Made by a program: the position numbers and the translations under genes. The notes under the pieces were generated by a model. The model was not told the DNA's origin. It did not search any database and saw only the letters and a list, made by a program, of their open reading frames with translations. A stretch of DNA of 64,000 bases from Eledone cirrhosa (Eukaryota), in assembly GCA_964016885.1 (NCBI GenBank), contig OZ024740.1, positions 247,566,001-247,630,000 on the forward strand. The letters run 5' to 3'. Positions 25,505 through 36,926 of this stretch are shown in pieces. The stretch's first letter is position 1, and the number at the start of each line of letters is the position of its first letter.

Positions 25505-27675
25505 CATGAGGCTGGACCGGTGTAATTCCTTAAAAGGTTTATTATACTATGATCATTTCAATGACCGGGTTCAGTATGAATCCGGTGACATCATCAGGTA
25601 TTCGAAATTTAACAAAGGAATGTAATAGACAAAATCCATGGGGCAGAGAAGCAGAGAATCGAGGGCGGCCGAACATTTAGCAGCTTCTAACCCGGTCAGC
25701 CGCCCTCAAGTGATGATTAATAAGTCTTCCTATGTCCTTCTGGTGAAGGGGTATAGGCTTATAGTGTACTACTACCATCCCGTAATAGACAGAGGCCAGC
25801 GGTGAGATTAGGTTACATTCAAGCTGGTCAGAAGTGCTAGAAAGTGCCGCGAAAAATATTTTAAAAAAAAACATATATCTTTAACAAAGCTATATATATT
25901 GGGCGTCTGCACAGTATATTGTAGGGTCAGAAATTACGATTATCAATTAGAAACGTTAAATTTATGTTTAGAGTTAAAAGATGCCATTTAAGATGAAATT
26001 AGAAAAGTAAGATTTAGGTTTAAAGTTGGGAGATTTAGTTAAAGAATTTACAGAAGGAAGCGTTTATGAAAAAGTTTAAGTGTATTATAGATAGTCACGA
26101 TAAAGTTTCAGGGTAGAATATAGAGTAAAGATTAAGCGCATGCTTAGCGGTCATTAACCAGCGACGTTGCGGACCCTTGGCCAGCCCGGAGCCCACCGGC
26201 GTGTCAACCGTTCCGAGTATTTTCGTGTAGCGCAAGAAAGGGAAATTTATTTTTCCGAGCACTCCATGAATGTTCACTGTCTCAAGCGCCGGGGGTGCTA
26301 GCGGGAAGTCCGCCACCGTCGGCTGGCTATCGTATATACCAAACGATTACTATTTATTCACAATGGTGAGGGATTTAGTTAAGGGCTAGTAGAAGGAGGC
26401 ATGATAAAATTTAAAGTTATGATTAAGCCTAGAATTTAAAGGTACTGTTTGGCGGTCAATAACCGGTGTCGCGGCGGATTCCAAGTCTGACAGGGCCCCA
26501 GGCGAAAGAGCCGTTCCGAGTTTACCGAAAGAAGGGGATCTTTATTTTTCCAAGCACTCTAGGAAGGCTGATCGACCCGAGCGCCTGGCGTGCAGTCGTG
26601 AAAGCCGCCACATCCGTCGGATCATCGCGTGTACCAAATGATTATTAATTATTCACACCCGTGATGTGAAGTATAAAAGTGGCAAAATCTGATGAAATGT
26701 GTAAATAGACTATAATCAGTCCCCAGTTAGTCCGGGTTATATGTAGTGTGATTCTTGAGTGGGTAGTAGGAGGAGTGATTAAAGATAAACAGATATAAAG
26801 AGTACAGAGAGTAATATTCCAGGGTCGTGTACTAATTTTAGGTAACATATGAGTACAAGGATAAGTATATAAGGAGACTAAAGCGAATAAATAAATACAT
26901 AAATAAAAACATAAGTAAAATGCATAAATAAAATGCAATCATACCTAGGGTGGTAATTGAGGGAGTAAAATGGAAGTATATATGAACATATCGAAGAAAT
27001 CAAAATACAGAAGAAATAAAATACAGATCAAGGTGCAGTAAATGGACAATAGATAGCACGGTTGGAGAATACAAGGTTATACATATAGATATAGAGGATG
27101 GAAGAGTTGGAGTGGTATCAGGTGATACCTAGTGTAGGTTCGAGTCTTAATTGAATTCTCTATCCTATATTTCAGGGCTGTTGGGATTCACATTGAAATT
27201 TAAGACTCGAACCTACACTAGGTATCACCTGATACCTCTCCAACTCTTCCATCCTCTATATCTATATGTATAACCTTGTATTCTCCAACCGTGCTATCTA
27301 TTGTCCATTTACTGCATCTTGATATGTATTTTATTTCTTCAGTATTTTGATTTCTTCGATATGTTCATATATACTTCCATTTTACTCCCTCAATTACCAC
27401 CCTAGGTATGATTGCATTTTATTTATGCATTTTACTTATGTTTTTATTTATGTATTTATTTATTCGTTTTACTCTCCTTATATACTTATCCTTTTAAGGA
27501 ATTACACCAGTCCAGCCTCCTGTTATTTTATAATAAATAACTCCGCACTCGCACCACCAACAACACAATCGAAGACGGGTGAGTTGCATTACATCGAGTG
27601 CTCTCCCTAATATTACATCGAGGTTGACCACACGGAATGACCAGTTCTATCCAAGGATAAACCAACAAACCTAAA
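25505..27675 (-). mobile_element. ORF-less HHR-terminated element with GC-rich structured islands and an inverted 5' segment
   Basis: Bounded by (TA)n at both ends; HHR at its 3' end; inverted arms 26857-27150 / 27200-27493; no credible ORF. Confidence 0.6.
25544..25601 (-). ncRNA. Type I hammerhead ribozyme
   Basis: Minus strand ATAC-CTGATGA-TGTCACCGGATTCATACTGAACCCGGTCATT-GAAA-TGATCA-TA^GTAT, then AATAAA; palindromic stem III ATGATCAT. Confidence 0.85.
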
Positions 27676-27678
27676 TAA

Positions 27679-27796
<118 letters not shown>

Positions 27797-27834
27797 ATAT
27801 GTATATGTATATATATATGTATATGTATATATAT

Positions 27835-28829
27835 GCAAATAGTAAAACAATGAAATTATACAAAAAACGGTTAATTCATAGTACAACTCATTATTTTACG
27901 ATCGTTTCGGGGGGGGGGGGTAGTTCCCCGTATGTCCATTCTATTATTGATCTATGTAAAATATAATACAAAATATCATAGTAAGAAAATATACATACGT
28001 CTTCACTACCCACCGCCTTCGGAAATAATGAGTTTTGTTTATTTAAGAATACAAAAAAAAACACATGTATGAATAAGTAACGTTTTATAAACTAGGTTGA
28101 GGTTGACCAATAGTAAGAATAGGAAGGGGCAATATAGATCCCTAAGTTGGTAGTAGTAGATGAATAAATAAGCCGTCAGGGGATGAGGTATCAAATGACT
28201 TTTAAGAAAAGAAATGAAAGTTGCAGTGTAAAGGAATTTAGACATATTGTATATAAAAGTGTTGATGGTCAAAGAAGATTATAGTTGGAGGAAAAGGGGT
28301 GCAGAAATGAGTGTGTTACATCAAGTAGAATAATATAGAACAATCCTAAATATTTGTTATTTCTTTGTTGAGAGGAATAATTTGTTCTAAAAATATAATA
28401 ATAAGTAGAGGAATATAAATGGAACCAAGGGGAAGTAAAATTTAGATAAACAATAGATAAAATACTATATAGGTAAGAAAATACTAAAGTTTGTGTAAGT
28501 ATTGTATTGTGTTAGAGTGGTTAGAAAGAAGTTTTACCTGTAGGGAATTATATGTTCGAATAAGAAATCACATTAATAATCTGTTTTTTTTTTTTTTTAA
28601 AGAGGGTTTAAATGCATATCAATTAAAAGTTTTGTTAGATTGTTGAAAATAATGTAATATATAGTGCTCATTTATAGTTAATTACTTAAAACAGTTATAG
28701 GGATGATATATAGGATTTAATCCATGGATTAATTCTACTAGCAGAATATATATGTGTGTATATACATATATATACATATATATACATATACATACACACA
28801 TATATATATACACACATACACGCATACAT

Positions 28830-28901
<72 letters not shown>

Positions 28902-31900
28902 ACGCACACACACACATACTATATATACACACACATATATACATACATGCACACACAAGTATATATAGAGGCACACACCTATGTATACACATACATATAC
29001 ATATATATCTATATACATATATATACACACGCACGCACACACACACACACACATTTTTTCTCATATATCTTTTTCTATATTTGTTTAGTTGTATTTATAA
29101 TATTTGAATGTCCTTCTAATTTTATGGTTACATGCTATAATTAATTCTTGTCTTTTATTTAATAGAGTGCCCTTCGATTTAGTCATTTCAAAAATGTCTT
29201 GGGAACATAGTCCACACTCCTTTCTATTGCCCTGATAAGGGAATAGCCCTCTTGAGAATCTTCCAAGTTAGGTTATAGTCAATATTCTTCTTTTTACAAT
29301 TATTAACTGATTCTGCTAAAGAAGTGGTATTAGCTAATTTTGAATTTCGCAAACTGGGTGTGTGCATAAAATCTCGATTTAAACGGTTTAGAAGTGGATC
29401 CAATATAGGATTGATTAGAGTCCTTAGTGGTGATTATACTATATTATGGTGGTTATTATGGTGATTATACTATGATTAAACTATATGATTAGAGTCCTTA
29501 GTGGTGATTATACTATATTATTAATTAAGCAATTTCCATTTAAGGGACAATTATCTTTTATTCTACAATTACAACCGTTTTCATATAGGGTTTCAGATGT
29601 GCTATCTATATTCCCAATAATAGGGCTAGTATTTGTATTTACCTTTTTATTTGGGAGAGAAGGGTTTATTGTTGGGTGGTCACGGCCCGAGGGATTGTTA
29701 GTTGGTGAAATCATACTGGATATAGCGTTTACAGAATCATGGTTGTTTTGGAAGTTATTGGTTAGATTGGGTATGTAATCCTTAGTCCCTATTAAGGACG
29801 AGGAAAATGGTAGTTGGTTGTAGGCTGATGTATTGTGTTGGTGAGGTGAGTGAGCGGATGTAACAGGTGGATATGTAATACTATTCTGGTTATGCGTTGT
29901 AGTATTACCATAGTTATCTTGTGTGTGGTGTGCTATTGTGTGTGGTATACATGGAGCTTTTTTACATTTATAGATGTTATATGCACTTATCTTTTGATGT
30001 ATATTGCTGGATGTGGAGTAAGAAAATTTTACTGAATAACTGTTTAAGATTTGATGGTATTTATGGTTAGGTGGAAAATGTTTATCGAGAATTGTAAAAA
30101 ATGTTTTAGGGATTTGGCCCATAATTTGCAAGTTAAAAGGAGCATTATACCATGTTATGTTTCTTTTATGGTTTCTATTTGGTTTCCTCTTATTATATTG
30201 GATATGTATAGAAGTATGAGGGTAGATATTGTTATCAGATGATACTATAATATTGTGATTGTTATTATGGGTGTGAATTAATTGTTTAGTAGATTTTTGA
30301 ATTGTATTATTTTTTGATTTATTGCTTTTTGTTTGATTTGTAGAGGATATTGTGAGTTTTATTAATGAAGCATTATTGATAGGACCTGGAATGTTGGTAT
30401 TATTCTTGTTATTTACAGTAGTTCGGATAATTTTCTCTGGTGTTTTTGATTGTAAGGATGTAGTTTGGTTAGGTTGAAGGTTCAATGCAATAGGTAATAT
30501 ATCATTAGGTTTATTGTGAGAATTAAGATATAAGATTTTATTATTAACTGCTTTTTTAAGATTAGCGGAGTTGGGTGTTTTCGTATGGTTTGTAGTAATA
30601 TTATTATGTAGGTTATAGAAATATTCAGAAGCGTTAGGATTGATGATTTTTAGAGAATTTGTGCCATTCGTGTTAATGTGGGTATTAGGAGTAATGGTAG
30701 GATCTAGGTTTTTCGGTGCTTCATTGGTGGCACTAACGTTTTGGTGTTTTTTATGGTGTTTGTTGCTTATGCTTGGCTGTATGCTGGAAGTATTCATGGT
30801 GTTAGGTATGTAAACTATTTTATCCTTGTAGCCACTTCTAGTTAAAGCCTCATTATAATAAGGCGGATTTTTATAGAATATTTCTTCATTAGATGATAAT
30901 TTAGATAATCTGAGTGAGATATGGTACACTAGATTTTTTAGTATGGAACTAGGGTGGTTAGATTGTGAGTGTATATAATGCAGGTTTTGGTTTGGTTTGT
31001 GGTAGGGTTGGTAAGTGCCTGTTGATAGATCTAAAGTGATGTCGAGGAAATTGACCATTTTAGTGCTATTTTCAAAAGTAATGGTAAGATTATAGTAATT
31101 TTTGAGGAATTTCCTAATATCTTTTTTATTTCTCTCAATTGCTGAGAGACTAAGATTGTTAGATAGAAGAAGACAGTCATCGCGATATAGACCACCTTTG
31201 AGGTGGGGAAAAGAGGAATTTAAATTATATAGGAGAAAGAGGCCCACAAGGTCCGTAACCTGGGCGGAATCCATCGAACCCCATAGTGATATCATATAAA
31301 TCACTATATGTATTTCTACTCCAATAGTCGTCTTGGAAGTCCAGTAGTGTTTGTCTGGCGTGTGTGATGATATTAATTTCATTCATAGTTATGTCCGATC
31401 TATTTTTGGCGAAAATTAATGCTTTGTTCAGTAGTATGGGGGATATTGATGAATAATATGCATCGATGTCGAATTGGAGAAATTAAGCCGAGGGCTTATT
31501 TTTGATGTCGGTGAAGCAATTGATAACTTGGGAAGTGTTTTCCCACAGCGGTAGTTTTACATGTTTCCTTAGTTGTGGGATAACTTTATCAAGAATCTTC
31601 TTGCTTATTGCTCCAATGTCCGACTTAGATGGGCATATGAATCTAATCGATGAGTTCGAGTTGAAGTCAGATTTATGATCTTTCAGATTAAAGTGTGGAT
31701 TTTTGGTGTGAAAGGCTCGGTTCTATCTTCGAGTTGAGTTCTTTTACTATGGTGTGTGATTTATTGTTTATAGAGGTAAGTGCTGTACTACTGATTTCCT
31801 TGTAGTTCTTCCTTAGTTCTTTATAAATGAACTGGTTATATTTATCAATGTTCATATGGTATAAGTTACCAGTTTTGTCAGAGTGGACATGAACTTCAGT

Positions 31901-32456
31901 AGAGTTTTTTAGTTTAAATAGGGTAGAGTCCAGTTCTTTTTGAAAGTTTGATTTGTGTTTCCTAAATTTGATGTGTTTAATCATATTGAGTAAATCTTTT
32001 TCAAAATGTTCAAGTATAGAATTGTGAGGAGGGTTTATATATGTGCGAAAGTCAAAAGTTTTTCTTCTCATCTCTTTCGGTTTTTTTGTCGAAGTGGTAT
32101 GCCCGCAAACAAACTCTTCTAATAAAATGGCTAGTTTTTTTTTGTAGAGGGAATTGGTACGTTTTTCAACGAAGTTCCTAAGTATTGTCTTTCCATTGCA
32201 ATACGGATAGTAGACAAGATTAAGAGCTCAACTAAATATATTATTAATGAAAGAATCAATAAAAAAGGAGTAAAATAATGGGTTGTACTATGAATTAACC
32301 GTGTTTTGTTTAATTTCATTGTTTTACTATTTGTATTTTTGACTGTGTATCCAATGAATTATATCGTTGAAAATTTTGTATTTTAAACTTTGCTTCACAT
32401 CTTCTACATACGGATTACATTGGGTTTAGACCCTGCCATTAATTGGTGGATTTAGC

Positions 32457-32458
<2 letters not shown>
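27835..32458 (-). mobile_element. Degenerate full-length PLE of the same clade (ORF ~29160-32196, frameshifted) with an inverted 5' segment (32271-32458)
   Basis: MERQYLGTSLKNVP, HSDKT, GSMDSAQV, GGLYRDD, NFLDITL, SNHP, CNCRIKDNCPLNGNC, YIGSTSKPFKSRF. (TA)n at both ends. Confidence 0.88.
27885..28034 (-). ncRNA. Variant type I hammerhead (core CCGAAGG), 12-bp stem I, ~107-nt stem II
   Basis: Minus strand AACTCATTATTT-CCGAAGG-CGGTGGGTAGT...ACTACCCCC..-GAAA-CGATCG-TA^AAATAATGAGTT. Confidence 0.65.
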
Positions 32459-32490
<32 letters not shown>

Positions 32491-32492
<2 letters not shown>

Positions 32493-32910
32493 AATGTACG
32501 TATTCTATATTCAATAATATATGGTATGCTCATTTAAAAATATATTGAAGGCCTTTCGCTATAAATTTAAGGTAGTGGCTATAGTCTCATACCTAGCTTC
32601 AGCAAAATTAAAGCGGAATAACCGACGCGTTTCTCACTGTTTAGCAGTCATCATGAACCTGGATATATGTTAATGAGTTTAAACAGCCCATAAACATAAT
32701 TGGTATTCTATAAGGATCAAGCTTCTATAGCTCACAGCAAATAACATTGATAACCGCTAGACAGTGAGAAACGCGTCGGTTATACCCCTTTGTTTTTACT
32801 GAAGCTAGGTATGAGTCTATAGTCACTACCTTAAATTTATAGCGAAAGGCTTTCAAAATGTGTTTAAATAAACATACAGTATATTATTAAATATACCATA
32901 CATATATTCA
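32491..32910. repeat. Imperfect fold-back element with HHR motifs in both arms
   Basis: Arms ~32491-32654 / 32747-32910; same structure at 40381-40800. Confidence 0.85.
32741..32783 (+). ncRNA. Hammerhead, U3:A8 core variant
   Basis: ATAACA-TTGATAA-CCGCTAGACAGTGA-GAAA-CGCG-TC^GGTTAT. Confidence 0.65.
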
Positions 32911-32917
32911 TATATAT

Positions 32918-33007
<90 letters not shown>

Positions 33008-33360
33008 CGTTTCTGAATTTGGTTAGCAAGATTCTTTATCTGAAAACGTGTGTTGATACCGATATTGTTATACTTTGGGAGGGTCATATTGTTATACTTT
33101 TTGTGTCACAAAAACAAGATGGCGTAGGACAGAACAAAGGAGCGGCACAAAAAACAAAGAAGGGAACCTCAGTCACTGAAGAGGTCACAGAATGTGTGAC
33201 GAAAGAACTTTGACAATATATAAACAACCATCTGGTTGTGGAACCAACCACCCAACCAGAAATTTATAAATTCCTAAATTTATAAATTTATTATAATAAA
33301 TTGAAGTAAAAGCAACTGGTGCGTGTGTTTCTTATTGGCAACATGACCCTCCCAAAGTAT

Positions 33361-33370
<10 letters not shown>
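33008..33370 (+). mobile_element. Short pLTR-like insertion in (TA)n with HHR and a 30-bp inverted copy of its 3' end
   Basis: ATATTGTTATACTTTGGGAGGGTCATATTG (33062-33091) mirrors 33340-33370. Confidence 0.7.
33172..33214 (+). ncRNA. Type I hammerhead ribozyme
   Basis: GTCA-CTGAAGA-GGTCACAGAATGTGTGAC-GAAA-GAAC-TT^TGAC. Confidence 0.75.
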
Positions 33371-33397
<27 letters not shown>

Positions 33398-33519
33398 TAT
33401 ATACTTTAGAAATGTGTATATATACATTGTGTGTATTCGTGTGCGTGTCTGTATGTGTGTGAGGGAGTGAGAGGGTGACAGTAGGAAGAAAGTGGGAGGA
33501 CATAGAGAATATGCCGTTT

Positions 33520-33559
33520 TTAATCTCCAGATAATAGGGCTGCCTTAACGGCTTGTACA
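33520..33559 (-). pseudogene. Duplicated last codons of the chitinase-like gene (VQAVKAALLSGD*)
   Basis: 39/40 identical to 41057-41096; downstream 3' sequence also duplicated. Confidence 0.85.
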
Positions 33560-34410
33560 CATAAATAAAGGCTCTTGCCATCCTCCTATAGTATTTAAAA
33601 ATCTTATCCCTAATATTAGCCGTAGGATCTCCACCCTCTCTTCCTCAGAAGCTATTTTCCATAAGGCATCCCCCTACTATAATAAAGCCCTTCAAAATAG
33701 TGTATTTAGTTAACCGATTAAGTACATACCCAACAATACTAACTCCTTTAAACATAATAATGGAAAAGAAAAATAATCTGGTTCACACCCCCTACTCTTT
33801 AGCAGTTAAAACTAATGTAGGCAAAACATTCCTAGAGCTCTTAGATAAACATTTCCTTAGAACACATAGATACTATAAGATCTTCAATAGAAACTGTGTC
33901 AAAATCAGCTACTCCTGTGGTCCCTCTATTAAATCTTATATTCTTAATAAGTAAACACCCAGATAATATCAAAATTGCTCCTGTAGAGTCAAAAGTGAAT
34001 GCCCATTACAAGGTAAATGCAACACCAAAGCCATTGGATATGAGGCCAAAGTGACAACCACCAGCAACAACCTACCAGCCACCAGCGAACGATATGTGGG
34101 TATGACACAAGACAAATTGAAAACGCGTTATTACTCACATGTCGCATCTTTCCGACATCCTGAAAAAAATGTACAACAGCTCTGGCTAGCAGAATTTGGG
34201 ATTTGAAGGACCAAGGTATCCAATATAAATTAGATTGGTCAATTTTGAACCAATCTACAGAATACGCAAGAGGAACAAGAAGATGCGCACTCTGCATGAG
34301 TGAAAAATATTGGATTTTACATACCTTAATCACCAAAAGCCTGCCTTAATGCAAAAACAGAAATTTTCACCAGTTTCCCACACATGAAATCACACTTGCT
34401 TTCCAGCTCA
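33560..34410 (+). mobile_element. Degenerate PLE fragment (RT thumb to GIY-YIG)
   Basis: SCHPP..KNLIPNISRRISTLSSSE..YYNKAL; PYSLAVKTNVGKTFLELLDKHF..HRYYKIFN; CSCRVKSECPLQGKC; YVG. Confidence 0.8.
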
Positions 34411-34886
34411 TATAAACTTAACTCACTTTCAGACACTTATCCTCCATAAACTCTTGTTCTTCACTTTCCTTAACTTACCTTCTTTACAGACTTCTCATTC
34501 AGTGTTACTTATCCTTTATTTTTAATTTACATCCACTAGTGAACACCTCCCCCCCTACTATTTGATTCATTAACTTTATATCTTAACAATTATACATTAT
34601 TTACATTTATTTTACTTCCCCCTTTTCTTTTACTACCAGACATCACATGTCACTTGTGTTTTTAACTCCAGATAGTTTCCGTTGTCCCTCAGCCGCTTTT
34701 ATGTATGTATACTTGCGTATATTTTGTACCCATTTATTCATACGGTTATTTTATATATATATGTATGTATGCGTATGTGTGCATGTATGTGTATACGTGT
34801 TTGTATATGTATACGAACGCATTCATATGTGTGTGTGTATGTGTGCATGTGTGTGTGTGTGTGCATTTACATATATGTATTTTCAA

Positions 34887-34917
<31 letters not shown>

Positions 34918-35033
34918 AGTTGAAAAAAATGAAAACGAAATTTCATTTCTCACTCTTAGTATGGCACTTACTTAAATGTAAGTATGTATGTATACGTACA
35001 TACATATATGTATACAGACGTACAGTAGCATGC

Positions 35034-35058
<25 letters not shown>

Positions 35059-35064
<6 letters not shown>

Positions 35065-35450
35065 ATTAAATAAATGGAAAACTATATTTATAAAACCATA
35101 TTTATTTCATTATATATATTTCGGGGATATCATATTAACAATATGTTATACCTTCATCAGACAAAATACAATATAAACAGTTTTATAGATAAATATATTC
35201 GACATACCGTAATAAACATCAACTTCATTTGAAGAGGTTTACTCTAGCAGTCACTAGAATGCTAGAGTAAACCTCTTCAAATGAAGTTGATGTTTATTAC
35301 GGTATGTCGAATATATTTATCTATAAAACTGTTTATATTGTATTTTGTCTGATGAAGGTATAACATATTGTTAATATGATATCCCCGAAATATATATAAT
35401 GAAATAAATATGGTTTTATAAATATAGTTTTCCATTTATTTAATATTGTA
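35059..35450. repeat. Apparently perfect palindrome (191-bp arms, 10-nt loop) with an HHR in each arm (35104-35167 minus, 35342-35405 plus)
   Basis: ATTTTGT-CTGATGA-AGGTATAACATATTGTTAATATGATATCCCC-GAAA-TATATA-TA^ATGAAAT; centre ...CTAGCA gtcactagaa TGCTAG... Confidence 0.9.
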
Positions 35451-35534
35451 AATATACTCCAAATATTTGTCGAGTGCTTTTATATCAGTTATAAATATTT
35501 ACTAGTTGTAACCCAACAATTTTAAATATAACTT

Positions 35535-35605
<71 letters not shown>

Positions 35606-35767
35606 GCATACAGGTACACATACATATATGCACGCATCAGTTTAGCCGACGTTTATTATAACGCCGGCCGCTTTGTTCGTTTGTTTGTCAACAAACCGAA
35701 CAGCCTGAATTTATGCCATACGGTGTTAAGACAACCACGTCACCTTTTTGTTCAACACTGACACAGG

Positions 35768-35812
35768 AACGATGTACTAGTTTCAAGCTTGTTAGCTATC
35801 ATCAGCACCGTT
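35768..35812 (-). ncRNA. Type I hammerhead ribozyme (canonical)
   Basis: AACGGTG-CTGATGA-TAGCTAACAAGCTT-GAAA-CTAG-TA^CATCGTT; palindromic stem III ACTAGT. Confidence 0.9.
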
Positions 35813-36083
35813 TACCCATCTGCCAGATAGTTGAACGTTCGAAAGTATATACTTTCCTTATGAAAATTAACGGCTGAGCAGCCTAATTTGCATATTGAGT
35901 GAGTTTAAGTAAGTGCCATACTAAGAGTGAGAAATGAAATTTCGTTTTCATTTTTTTCAACTTATCGTTTTCGGTATGCCTGACCGATTTAACTCACTCA
36001 ATATGCAAATTAGGCTGCTCAGCCGTTAATTTTCATAAGGAAAGTATATACTTTCGAACGTTCAACTATCTGGCAGATGGGTA

Positions 36084-36136
36084 AACGGTGCTGATGATAG
36101 CTAACAAGCTAACAAGCTTGAAACTAGTACATCGTT
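36084..36136 (+). ncRNA. Type I hammerhead ribozyme (8-nt duplication in stem II)
   Basis: Mirror of 35768-35812 with an extra AACAAGCT. Confidence 0.85.
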
Positions 36137-36298
36137 CCTGTGTCAGTGTTGAACAAAAAGGTGACGTGGTTGCCTTAACACCGTATGGCATAAATTCAGG
36201 CTGTTCGGTTTGTTGACAAACAAACGAACAAAGCGGCCGGCGTTATAATAAACGTCGGCTAAACTGATGCGTGCATATATGTATGTGTACCTGTATGC

Positions 36299-36357
<59 letters not shown>

Positions 36358-36410
36358 TGCTACTGTACGTCTGTATACATATATGTATGTACGTATACAT
36401 ACATACTCAC

Positions 36411-36452
<42 letters not shown>

Positions 36453-36457
<5 letters not shown>

Positions 36458-36824
36458 AGGAATTCCAACTTTGTCGATTTACTCGTTTTATTTACAATCC
36501 TTTAAAATTTATAATGGTATTATAATGAAATAGTATGATAGAATATTAAATTCTAAGTGTTAATTGAACAAGTACTTTCATGCTTTCGCAATCTTCAGGT
36601 TAATATGTGGTGACAGTCAAGTTTGCAATTTTCAACAGTTGAAAATTGCAAACTTGACTGTCACCACATGTTATCAACCTGAAGATTGCGAAAGCATGAA
36701 AGTACCTGTTCAATTAACACTTAGAATTTAATATTCTATCATACTATTTCATTATAATACCATTATAAATTCTAAAGGATTGTAAATAAAACGAGTAAAT
36801 CGACAAAGTTGGAATTCCTCTTAT
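36453..36824. repeat. Near-perfect palindrome (centre 36637, 1-nt spacer) with an HHR in each arm (36563-36604 minus; 36673-36714 plus, NUH mutated)
   Basis: Minus strand ATTAAC-CTGAAGA-TTGCGAAAGCAT-GAAA-GTAC-TT^GTTCAAT. Confidence 0.88.
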
Positions 36825-36858
36825 TAATATAATCTTCTATACACAATCATACACACCC

Positions 36859-36926
<68 letters not shown>

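Larger units (their letters stand above)
34915..36414. mobile_element. Retrozyme-like non-coding HHR repeat, head-to-head pair (minus copy 34915-35903, interrupted by an insertion at 35059-35540; plus monomer 35903-36414)
   Basis: Circularly permuted copies, no ORF, one HHR each; paralogous to 60521-61397. Confidence 0.8.

Noticed and set aside
25680-25820. Telomerase-RNA-like idea (CTAACCC, TTAGGTT near a pseudoknot)
   Set aside because: Less than 1.5 telomeric repeats, and CTAACCC is on the opposite strand to the favoured fold.
26685-26740. Plus-strand CTGATGA
   Set aside because: No downstream GAAA or stems.
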